Below are positions 8,482-16,554 of a stretch of 32,000 bases of DNA, piece by piece. The stretch spans positions 3,210,001-3,242,000 of the forward strand of contig NZ_CP011034.1 in assembly GCF_001465295.1 (NCBI RefSeq), written 5' to 3'. The notes below the pieces were generated by a model. It searched no databases and was not told where the DNA came from. It saw only the letters and a program-made list of their open reading frames with translations. Position 1 is the first letter of the stretch, and every line of letters starts with the position of its first letter. Both the position numbers and the translations under genes were made by a program. This stretch comes from Pseudoalteromonas translucida KMM 520. Its GTDB lineage: Bacteria > Pseudomonadota > Gammaproteobacteria > Enterobacterales > Alteromonadaceae.

Positions 8482-9816
8482 TTAATCTAATAACTGATTA
8501 CTTGCCTTTAACCTTTGGTACTTCACTATTAATGTTACTCCTCGCATTAGCATAAAGCAGCTCATTGCTAACCATAAACCATTATTCTCCCACTGATGAA
8601 ACACAGCAAACACACCAAAAAAACCAACACTTGCTGAGAGCAGCATACTATTGCGCATAGCTTTTGCCCGGGTAAGCCCAACAAATACACCGTCAAATAA
8701 AAAGCAACTCATTGCCAATAATGGCAAGGCTATAACCCAAGGCAAGTACAGCGTAGCCGTGGTGATCACTTCTGGTACATTAGTTAATAGCGTAATAATA
8801 TAGCGGCCAAATATAGCAAAAAATAAACTGTATGCTAAGGCAAACAGCGCGCCCCAAAACACACTTATTTTTACCCAAAGCTCAATATTTTTTACACTTT
8901 GCTGGCCTTTAGCATGCCCTACTTTTGCCTCACTGGCATAAGCAATGCCGTCGAGTGCAAAGCTTACCAACATTAAAAAGTTAAGTAATACTGCATTTGC
9001 TGCTAGCGTGGTTTCGCCAATTCGTGCGCCGTAAAAGGTCATAAAGCTAAAGCAGAGCTGTAAAATAAATGAGCGAATAAAAATATCACCGTTTAAGCTT
9101 AGTAGGTTTGCCATTTTTGTAATGCTAAACCAACCTGGTACGCTTAGTTTTATGCCGCGTTTTTTAGCTAATTTAATAACTAACACCACGGCAAAAACTA
9201 ACGCGGTGTAATCGGCAATAAGTGACGCCCATGCAGCGCCTGCTACCGCCCAATCTAGGTATACAACAAAATAAATGTCGAGCACTATATTGGTAATATT
9301 AGTCACTAATAATAAATAAAACGGCCCACGGCCATAATGCATACCCAGCATCCAACCTAATAGTACTAAATTACATAAGGCTGCGGGCGCACTAAAAATA
9401 CGAATACTAAAATACTGGTACGCTTGCGTAAGCACGTCGCTATTGGCCGCCGATAAAAATGCAATAGCGTGTTTTATTAAAGGCGATAAGGCGATAAGCA
9501 ATACGGCAACTAAGCAAGAAAGCACTAAGCTGCGTTTTAATAACGCCGCTAATTGGGTTAAATCGTTTTGCCCATAAGCTTGTGCCACTAACCCTGTGGT
9601 GCTCATTCTTAAAAAGCCTGCGAGCCAAAATAATATTGATATAACCGCAGAGCCCAGCGCAATACCGGCTAAATAATGAGCGCTCCCTAAGTGGCCAATT
9701 ACTGCAGTATCAACAATTCCTAACAGTGGGACGGTAATATTTGATAATATCATCGGACCCGCTAACAACAACAAGCTTTTATGGTGTGCTTTATTATGTA
9801 TAAGAAATTGTTTCAT
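8482..9816 (-). CDS. dinF: MATE family efflux transporter, DinF-like
   Basis: PMILSNITVPLLGIVDTAVIGHL and FLRMSTTGLVAQAYG closely match E. coli DinF (PMIFSNITVPLLGLVDTAVIGHL, FLRMSTTGLTAQAYG). It has about 12 TM segments. Confidence 0.9.
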   Translation of the reverse strand: MKQFLIHNKAHHKSLLLLAGPMILSNITVPLLGIVDTAVIGHLGSAHYLAGIALGSAVISILFWLAGFLRMSTTGLVAQAYGQNDLTQLAALLKRSLVLSCLVAVLLIALSPLIKHAIAFLSAANSDVLTQAYQYFSIRIFSAPAALCNLVLLGWMLGMHYGRGPFYLLLVTNITNIVLDIYFVVYLDWAVAGAAWASLIADYTALVFAVVLVIKLAKKRGIKLSVPGWFSITKMANLLSLNGDIFIRSFILQLCFSFMTFYGARIGETTLAANAVLLNFLMLVSFALDGIAYASEAKVGHAKGQQSVKNIELWVKISVFWGALFALAYSLFFAIFGRYIITLLTNVPEVITTATLYLPWVIALPLLAMSCFLFDGVFVGLTRAKAMRNSMLLSASVGFFGVFAVFHQWENNGLWLAMSCFMLMRGVTLIVKYQRLKASNQLLD

Positions 9817-10821
9817 TTAGTATTATTTATCCTTATTAGTATTTCACTGCGCGCTCAAGCAGCCGTTATTTTACAGTATCATCACGTCAGTGAAACCCTT
9901 CCGGCGGTAACCAGTGTTAGCGCGAGTACTTTTACTGAGCACTTAAGTTATTTAAAAGAGCATAACTTTAATGTTGTTCCTTTAGATGAATTAATAACTG
10001 CATTGCAGCAAAAACACACTTTACCAGATAAAACCGTCGCTATTACTTTCGATGATGGTTACAACAATAATTACGACCAAGCAGCGCCCATTTTAGAAAA
10101 ATTTGGCTATCCGTACACAATTTTTGTCAATCCTAAGCTTATAGACGAAGGTAAAGGCTATGTAATGGGGTGGGATAAACTCAAAGAATTAGCAAAAAAA
10201 GGCGCGCTTATTGCCAACCATAGTGGCCAACACGATTATTTACACCATATGCTTGCAAACGAAAGCGAAGCGCAATGGCAAGCCCGCATTAAACAAGACA
10301 TCCTACATTCACAACAGCGTATAAAAACAGAAATTGGCCACGATTATAAATATTTAGCTTATCCGTATGGTGAGTTTAACAATAAATTACAAGCCCTAGT
10401 AACCGAGCTTGGCTTTATTGGTATAGGTCAGCATTCTGGCGCTGTAAATAAAGACTCTAACTTTAGTCGCTTACCGCGTTTTCCGGCTTCGGGCTTTTAT
10501 AGTAAATTAGATACGCTGATCACTAAATTAAATTCTCGCGCATTTAATATAACCGCGCTCACTTATGAAGACAGTGTAACGGCGAAAAACCCACCCAAAC
10601 TCACTATTGAGTTTACTATGGGGGATTTTCATAAAAGTCAGTTTGCTTGTTATGTATCGAGTGTTGGCCAGGCTAATTTAACCTGGATAAATAAAAACAC
10701 AGTAGAAGTCACCTCACCTAAAGCGCTCAATAAAGGCCGTTCGCGCTTTAATTGTACCGCCCCTGCAATTAACAATGCTGGTAGCTATTTTTGGTTTTCG
10801 CAGCCTTGGGTTATTAAATAA
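9796..10821 (+). CDS. Polysaccharide deacetylase (NodB homology) family protein, secreted
   Basis: Signal peptide MYKKLFHLVLFILISISLRAQA and the NodB motif VAITFDDGY. An alternative ATG lies at 9781. The stop TAA (10819-10821) is also the first 3 nt of MITE-like copy B. Confidence 0.85.
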   Translation: MYKKLFHLVLFILISISLRAQAAVILQYHHVSETLPAVTSVSASTFTEHLSYLKEHNFNVVPLDELITALQQKHTLPDKTVAITFDDGYNNNYDQAAPILEKFGYPYTIFVNPKLIDEGKGYVMGWDKLKELAKKGALIANHSGQHDYLHHMLANESEAQWQARIKQDILHSQQRIKTEIGHDYKYLAYPYGEFNNKLQALVTELGFIGIGQHSGAVNKDSNFSRLPRFPASGFYSKLDTLITKLNSRAFNITALTYEDSVTAKNPPKLTIEFTMGDFHKSQFACYVSSVGQANLTWINKNTVEVTSPKALNKGRSRFNCTAPAINNAGSYFWFSQPWVIK

Positions 10822-11015
10822 CCTGAGCTCCGGATAATAAACCTATCTCAAGCAGCTATTTTCAGCGCTAACTGCGTTGAATTTACTTGCAATAGGCCAG
10901 CTATTGACGCGTAAACTCGCCTTATTTTCACTGAAAATCTCTGGCTAGAGAAAATAAAGTTAAATATAACTATAATTCAATACGTTAGTAAATCTCTTAA
11001 CCAGAGTTCAGGTTA
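10819..11015 (+). mobile_element. MITE-like TIR element, copy B (197 bp)
   Basis: Runs TAACCTGAGCTCCGG ... CCAGAGTTCAGGTTA. It matches copy A at 195 of 197 positions. Confidence 0.8.
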
Positions 11016-11036
11016 AATAGCTTAAATTACGGCAGT

Positions 11037-11061
11037 AAAAAAGGAGCCTAGGGCTCCTTTT
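11037..11061. terminator. Bidirectional intrinsic terminator
   Basis: aaaaaaGGAGCC-tag-GGCTCCtttt lies between the convergent deacetylase and SCO genes. An A-run and a T-run flank a GC-rich stem. Confidence 0.7.
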
Positions 11062-11080
11062 AAATTTACTGTTTAAATAA

Positions 11081-11698
11081 CTAGTTTTTATAATAATCAG
11101 CTATTTGTTTAAATTCTTGAGTTAACTCTTTGGAATTTATTAACGGCACGCTACCTTGTTTAAATTCAGGTTTAAATATAGCTCTTACCGCCCCATTGCC
11201 ATCAACCATAGCCACTGAAGCACTATGATCAACTGCATACTCTGACTCGCTACTATCACTAATAGCATAAATTAAGCCTAACCCTCTCACCATAGGAAAA
11301 AGCTGTTTGTGCTCCCCCGAAACCGCTAAAAAATCGGGATTAAAGTAATCAATATAGTCTTTGCGTTTTGCTGGGGTATCTCGCTTGGGATCTACCGATA
11401 CGAACCAAATTTGCACGGGGTAATCACTACGCAAATTTTTATACACTGCATTTAGTTTAGCCAGTGTTAACGGGCAAATATCGGGGCAGCTGGTGTAACC
11501 TAAAAACACTAAATTCCATTGCCCTAAAAACTGCTGCTTAGTAACCAATTCGCCATGTTGATCATCTAAACTAAAGTCGGCTAAAGGTTTAGCATTTTCG
11601 TACACTAATGCATTAACGTCTGGCGGTGCATTTCCATCTAAGCACGCCGATAAAAGCAGTGTTAAAACAACAACTAACCCTAGCCATAATTGCTTCAT
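11081..11698 (-). CDS. SCO family copper chaperone (SenC/PrrC-like), lipoprotein
   Basis: CPDICP (CxxxC) motif plus a downstream VDHS His, and lipobox LLSAC. The ATG at 11698 overlaps the cyoE stop as ATGA. The track start at 11710 is an alternative. Confidence 0.9.
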   Translation of the reverse strand: MKQLWLGLVVVLTLLLSACLDGNAPPDVNALVYENAKPLADFSLDDQHGELVTKQQFLGQWNLVFLGYTSCPDICPLTLAKLNAVYKNLRSDYPVQIWFVSVDPKRDTPAKRKDYIDYFNPDFLAVSGEHKQLFPMVRGLGLIYAISDSSESEYAVDHSASVAMVDGNGAVRAIFKPEFKQGSVPLINSKELTQEFKQIADYYKN

Positions 11699-12624
11699 AA
11701 AAGTAGCCATTTATCTATAAATAATATGATGAAGAGTACCATTAAATGAATAATTGAAAAGCGAAATAAATCCATAGCAGTGTCGTCGTTAGCGGCTAGT
11801 TTTAATTTAATCGCTTTATAAATAAAAACCGCATTTAATCCAGATGCGCCAATTAAATAAATTAACCCCGACATTCCTATCAAATAAGGAAATATACACA
11901 CAATTGCCAGCAGCACAGAGTAAGCAACCACACAGGTTTTAGAAAAATCGATACCATGCGTAACCGGTAACATAGGAATTTTAGCCCGAGCGTAATCGCT
12001 TTTACGGGCTATAGCTAATGCCCAAAAGTGCGGAGGGGTCCACGTAAAAATAATCATTACTAATAGCCAAGGTGCAGCCGCCATTTGCCCTGTTTCAGAC
12101 ACCCAACCCAATAAGGGTGGCATAGCGCCAGCAAGGCCACCAATAACAATATTTTGTGGCGTAGCGCGCTTTAAAAAAGAGGTATACACAAAGGCATAAC
12201 CTACTAGCGCAAATAAGGTTAATATGGCGGTAAGGGTATTTGCCCATAGCATTAGCATAATAAAACCTGCCACACCTATTATTGCTGCAAAACTCAGTGC
12301 ATGCGCCTTACTTAAGCGGCCTTTAGCCACTGGGCGATGACGAGTACGCGCCATTTTGCTGTCTATTTCACTATCAACAACATGGTTAATTACCGCTGCT
12401 GCTGCTGAAAGGAATCCTATGCCAAGTAAGCTTATAAACTGCACACCCATGCCTCTGCCTACATCGGGTGCTAGTGCCAAACCAACCCACGCGGTCAGTA
12501 CCAACATAGCAACTACTTTAAATTTACTAATGGCTAAATAATCTTGTAGTAAATTATAACTACGTGTAATTAGCGGTAGTGTATTGATTGGTTGTATTGC
12601 TTTTTTGTCTATTGTAAGTGCCAT
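11695..12624 (-). CDS. cyoE: Protoheme IX farnesyltransferase (heme O synthase)
   Basis: UbiA-family polytopic protein (..NHVVDSEIDSKMARTRHRP..) located in the cox cluster. Confidence 0.93.
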   Translation of the reverse strand: MALTIDKKAIQPINTLPLITRSYNLLQDYLAISKFKVVAMLVLTAWVGLALAPDVGRGMGVQFISLLGIGFLSAAAAVINHVVDSEIDSKMARTRHRPVAKGRLSKAHALSFAAIIGVAGFIMLMLWANTLTAILTLFALVGYAFVYTSFLKRATPQNIVIGGLAGAMPPLLGWVSETGQMAAAPWLLVMIIFTWTPPHFWALAIARKSDYARAKIPMLPVTHGIDFSKTCVVAYSVLLAIVCIFPYLIGMSGLIYLIGASGLNAVFIYKAIKLKLAANDDTAMDLFRFSIIHLMVLFIILFIDKWLLL

Positions 12625-12664
12625 AACAACGCTCCTTTCTATTTGTAATTTTAGGTTCGTGCTT

Positions 12665-13654
12665 TTAAGTTCGTGCTTTTAGGTAATAGCATAATCTAAT
12701 TAAAGTTAATAACAGTATGGCAGCCATTAGGTTATGTGCCAGTGCCATACCTAACGGAATGTGCCAATGCACCACTGCAAGGCCTAAAGCAATTTGGCAA
12801 AATAAGACAACTAACACGCTAACGGCGCAGCTTTTTATTTTTTGCGAGTAGGCACGGCTGTATATTCGCCACATAATTAATGCCAATACGATGCAAGTAA
12901 CTAATGCCCAAATACGGTGTAATAAATGAATCGACATACGTGCTTGCTGCGACAGAACACCAAACTCGTAGTTACCATGCTCAAGCGGAAGCTGAAACAC
13001 ACTACTAAGCGAAAATGGCTGGGCATTACTACATAAAGGCAAGCCATTACAATGCGGAGCAGCGTAATTTGCAGCCAACCAACCTCCTAACGCTATTTGT
13101 ATAATGAGCACACTAAGCGCCACTAGGCTTAAACCAAAGCAGCGTCTTGCACCTGCATCTCCCCCCATTATTGGCTTGGCGTTTAATCGTAAATACAATA
13201 AAGTGATCAGCGCTAAAATACTAAAGCCACCAAGTAAGTGGCCCATCACTATTAACGGCTGTAAATTCATCGTAACCGTCCACATACCTAATGCAGCCTG
13301 AAATATCACTAACAATAACAGTAGTAATGGTAATTTAACTGGCGTTGTTGGCGATTGACGTTTTAAAAAAGCATATACAAATAACGCTAATATGAGCAAA
13401 CCTAGCGTACCGGCAAAGTAGCGATGAATCATTTCTTTCCATGCTTTAGCTGTTTCAAACATCATATCGGGATAACTTTGTGCTGCTTGCGCTATATCGG
13501 CTTCATGTTTAGGTACAGTTAAAAAGCCATAACACCCTGGCCAATCTGGGCAGCCCAACCCGGCATCACTTAAGCGCGTATAAGCACCCAACGCCACTAC
13601 TATCAAAGCCAATAAGCCCGTCACTAATACCCAGTTTTTATAATTTTTATACAT
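12665..13654 (-). CDS. ctaA: Heme A synthase COX15/CtaA
   Basis: An 8-TM protein with GLGCPDWPGCYG near the N-terminus and conserved His residues. It sits next to cyoE. Confidence 0.9.
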   Translation of the reverse strand: MYKNYKNWVLVTGLLALIVVALGAYTRLSDAGLGCPDWPGCYGFLTVPKHEADIAQAAQSYPDMMFETAKAWKEMIHRYFAGTLGLLILALFVYAFLKRQSPTTPVKLPLLLLLLVIFQAALGMWTVTMNLQPLIVMGHLLGGFSILALITLLYLRLNAKPIMGGDAGARRCFGLSLVALSVLIIQIALGGWLAANYAAPHCNGLPLCSNAQPFSLSSVFQLPLEHGNYEFGVLSQQARMSIHLLHRIWALVTCIVLALIMWRIYSRAYSQKIKSCAVSVLVVLFCQIALGLAVVHWHIPLGMALAHNLMAAILLLTLIRLCYYLKART

Positions 13655-13667
13655 GGCATCTTCCTAC

Positions 13668-14162
13668 TTAGCTCGAACGAGAATAACTCAGTAATTTTTT
13701 TAGATCTTTTAATAGCCCTTTTTGTACTAATCTATTTTCCTGTGGCTGTGTTTTAAATGGATACTCAAGCACTACAAGTCCCATATGGTCGATTAAATAC
13801 AAACTAGCCGGTTGTAAGTTTGGTTGCGCATCTATACTTTTCCAAGGTGAGTTTGCAGCTTTTACTTCGCCTATCACGGCTACATCTACTTTATTCTGGT
13901 TTTTACCTAGCGCTATGTATAAATTATTTAGTGCGGCTAATTGCTCACTACAAGGCGTAGTACATCCACTGGAGTAATTTAGGGCAATAGTCCATTGCTT
14001 ATGATTGTCCTGCGGCCAATTTTCATATTTAACCTGTTGCTGTAAAAACTCACCATTGTTAGTAATGGCGGTAGGTAACCAATCTAATTTAAGCGCGCTG
14101 TACGCTAAAATCAGCGGAATAGCGCAGCAAATAACAAACAGTAAAAGGGGGTTATTTTTCAT
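13668..14162 (-). CDS. Membrane-anchored thioredoxin-fold, Sco-like protein (usually annotated hypothetical)
   Basis: The ATG at 14162 has AAAGGA 8 nt upstream and follows an N-terminal TM anchor. GCTTPC (CxxxC) in ALNYSSGCTTPCSEQLAALNNLY parallels SCO FLGYTSCPDICPLTLAKLNAVY, and LIDHMG parallels SCO VDHSA. Confidence 0.7.
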   Translation of the reverse strand: MKNNPLLLFVICCAIPLILAYSALKLDWLPTAITNNGEFLQQQVKYENWPQDNHKQWTIALNYSSGCTTPCSEQLAALNNLYIALGKNQNKVDVAVIGEVKAANSPWKSIDAQPNLQPASLYLIDHMGLVVLEYPFKTQPQENRLVQKGLLKDLKKLLSYSRSS

Positions 14163-14892
14163 TATGTGTCCTTTTTTTACTTGCAAAAATAGCCACTAAA
14201 ACGCACGCCAGCGCAATTAAAAACCATTGCACCGCATAAGCGTGGTGTTTTTGTGGGCTCATAACAACAGCGGTGTAGTGAGGTATACCTATTGCATCGC
14301 CGCTACCTTGGCGATACGCCATAAAATTAACTAATAACTGCTGGCTTTGTTCGCTCAGCTTATTTAATTCAATTGTTTGCACTCGCTTTGGTAAATCAAG
14401 GTTATTGGTTTTACTCTCGAGACTAAAAGCAGTGAGGTTATTTTCTTTTATTTGAGCAGTAAGCGTAAAAGGGTGTTTAGGTAGGGTTACTTTAGGTAGT
14501 GTATCGCGCGATGGGGGGGCTTTTATCCAGCCTAAATTAACCAAAATAGCATGTGTTTCGTTATTTGGCTTTAACAGTGCCAGTAAGTCATAGCCCACCT
14601 GCCCGTTATAAACTTGGTTGTCTAAAAGCCAATATTCATCGTTAATAAAATGCCCTGTTAACTCAACTAACAACCCTGTTTTATTCCAGTTACTAGGTAG
14701 TTTAAGCATTTGTTGCCAGCTCATTACACCGTGCGTTTGCAGCGTTGCAATAGAAGCTAACTGCTGTTGTTTGTGTGTCGCACGTTCTAATTGCCAAAAC
14801 CCTAAGCGCACACACACCAAAACTACAATCACTACCATACAAATGGTGATTATTGAGCTAAACTTTTGTTCACGCCATCTAATTAACTGCAT
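14152..14892 (-). CDS. SURF1 family cytochrome oxidase assembly protein
   Basis: N- and C-terminal TM helices, and GFWQL..R near the N-terminus. Its position between coxC and ctaA is typical. Confidence 0.88.
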   Translation of the reverse strand: MQLIRWREQKFSSIITICMVVIVVLVCVRLGFWQLERATHKQQQLASIATLQTHGVMSWQQMLKLPSNWNKTGLLVELTGHFINDEYWLLDNQVYNGQVGYDLLALLKPNNETHAILVNLGWIKAPPSRDTLPKVTLPKHPFTLTAQIKENNLTAFSLESKTNNLDLPKRVQTIELNKLSEQSQQLLVNFMAYRQGSGDAIGIPHYTAVVMSPQKHHAYAVQWFLIALACVLVAIFASKKRTHNEK

Positions 14893-14909
14893 AAAGGGTC
14901 AACCTAGTG

Positions 14910-15140
14910 ATGATTAAAATTATTATTGTATTGTTGTTATTATTTATACTTTTTAACTTGTTTCGCGCTTTATTTATTATGGTCTCTGGAAAAACCCAAG
15001 GACGGCCTATGTCTCACTTTTTAGGTCGTCGTGTATTATTTTCTGTGGTGGTATTAATAGTTGTTATTGCCGCACTAAAACTTGGCTTTATTAGCGGCAA
15101 TAACGCCCCTTTAATATTTACAGCACATACACAAATATAA
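14910..15140 (+). CDS. Twin transmembrane helix small protein (DUF2909-like)
   Basis: Two TM helices. The ATG at 14910 is used because 14907 in the track is a GTG. It lies on the opposite strand inside the cox cluster, as I recall for Pseudomonas PA0109. Its 3' end overlaps the coxC 3' end by 23 nt. Confidence 0.65.
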   Translation: MIKIIIVLLLLFILFNLFRALFIMVSGKTQGRPMSHFLGRRVLFSVVVLIVVIAALKLGFISGNNAPLIFTAHTQI

Positions 15141-15993
15141 ATAAGCATAACCAAACTACATCAACAAAATGCCAGTACCAAGCCGCTGCTTGAAAAGCAA
15201 AGTGCTTATCTTTAGTAAAGTGTCCTTTTACAATTCGTAAAAATACTACCAATAAAATAATGGTGCCTAAGGTCACATGCATGCCATGAAAACCCGTAAG
15301 TAAAAAGAACGTGCTGCCATAAATACCGGCATCTAATGTTAAGTTTAAATCGTTATAAGCATGAATATATTCTTCTACTTGTAGGCCTAAAAAAACGGCC
15401 CCCAGTAAAATAGTCAGCCCTAAAAACACTTTTAACTGGCCGCGTTTATCACTTTCTATTGCCACATGGGCAAAATGCAAAGTAACTGATGAGGTCAGTA
15501 AAATTAAGGTGTTAATCAACGGTAGGCCTTGCCATCCCATTGCTTGGGTAGTATCGCCCCCTGGCGTGATAATTAATGGCCACACAGCTTCAAATGTAGG
15601 CCAAAGCACTTCGTTAGTCATGGCATTGTTATCGGCACCCCCAAGCCAAGGCACAGAAAGCATACGGGCGTAAAAAAGTGCGCCAAAAAATGCCATAAAA
15701 AACATTACTTCAGAAAAAATAAACCAGCTCATGCCTTGTCGAAAAGAGCGATCCATTTGCGCCGAATATAAGCCTTTTCCGGCCTCATCAATCACGTTTT
15801 TAAACCAGCTAAACAACATATACAGCAGTACTGCTATCCCTGCGTACAAAATATAAATGCCACTGCCACCTTCTTTACCGGCACTCATTACGGTTAGAGC
15901 TGCACCTACTGCAATAAAAAATAATGCTACTGCGCCAACAATCGGCCATGGGCTTTGATCTGGTACATAATAATGCTCATATTCTTGCTTCAT
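15118..15993 (-). CDS. coxC: Cytochrome c oxidase subunit III
   Basis: A 7-TM protein with the typical C-terminal ..WYWHFVDVVWL motif. Confidence 0.95.
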   Translation of the reverse strand: MKQEYEHYYVPDQSPWPIVGAVALFFIAVGAALTVMSAGKEGGSGIYILYAGIAVLLYMLFSWFKNVIDEAGKGLYSAQMDRSFRQGMSWFIFSEVMFFMAFFGALFYARMLSVPWLGGADNNAMTNEVLWPTFEAVWPLIITPGGDTTQAMGWQGLPLINTLILLTSSVTLHFAHVAIESDKRGQLKVFLGLTILLGAVFLGLQVEEYIHAYNDLNLTLDAGIYGSTFFLLTGFHGMHVTLGTIILLVVFLRIVKGHFTKDKHFAFQAAAWYWHFVDVVWLCLFIFVYVL

Positions 15994-16023
15994 TTTATTT
16001 GCTCCTGGTTGTCACTAGTTAGG

Positions 16024-16554
16024 CTAGTTGTTATTGGCTGCTAGCCGCTCACTAATATCAAATACCGTATAAGATAAAGTTAACTCTTCAATGTCGCTTG
16101 GTAGTGCGGTATCAACATAAAAAAGCAGCGTAAACTCTAGTTCTTCACCTGCTTTTAATGGCTGTTGATCAAAACAAAAACACGCTATTTTATGTAAGTA
16201 TTTTGCTGCTCTACCGGGTGATACCGAAGGCACTGCCTGCATTACTTTATCTTGGTCACTATTATTTTTGGCGCTAAACATTACCTCACGCATAGCACCT
16301 GGCTTTACCGCAACACTGTACTCTTTAGACTTCACAGCAAAGGGTGCACCGCTTTGTGCGTGCGTGGTAAAGCTCACACTTATTTCGCGATTTTGTACTA
16401 CTTGCGTGCTTTGCTTTGCTTGCTCTAATGATGGCTTACCGTTAATGCCGGTAATATCACAAAACACGTCATACAAAGGCACTAACGCAAATGCAAATGC
16501 AAACATGGCTAAGCAAATAACAACTAAGCGCTTAAGTAGCGGTGCATGTATCAT
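16024..16554 (-). CDS. ctaG: Cytochrome c oxidase assembly protein CtaG/Cox11
   Basis: N-terminal TM helix and the CFCF copper motif (KIACFCFDQQ). The start overlaps the coxA stop as TAATG. Confidence 0.93.
   Translation of the reverse strand: MIHAPLLKRLVVICLAMFAFAFALVPLYDVFCDITGINGKPSLEQAKQSTQVVQNREISVSFTTHAQSGAPFAVKSKEYSVAVKPGAMREVMFSAKNNSDQDKVMQAVPSVSPGRAAKYLHKIACFCFDQQPLKAGEELEFTLLFYVDTALPSDIEELTLSYTVFDISERLAANNN

Noticed and set aside
9847-9862. CTG-N10-CAG (CTGCGCGCTCAAGCAG) upstream of dinF, considered as a possible SOS box.
   Set aside because: Only the CTG and CAG triplets match. The interior is GC-rich (about 1 of 10 matches to the TATATATATA core), and it lies in the deacetylase signal-peptide coding region. 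It is likely a chance match.
10819-11020. The idea that the 197-bp repeats are integron attC or VCR-like sites, since copies B and C are followed by GTTAAAT, which resembles GTTRRRY.
   Set aside because: Copies A and D do not fit GTTRRRY. No RYYYAAC-type inverse core is present at the other end. No integrase or cassette array is present, and the units lie in unrelated housekeeping intergenic regions.
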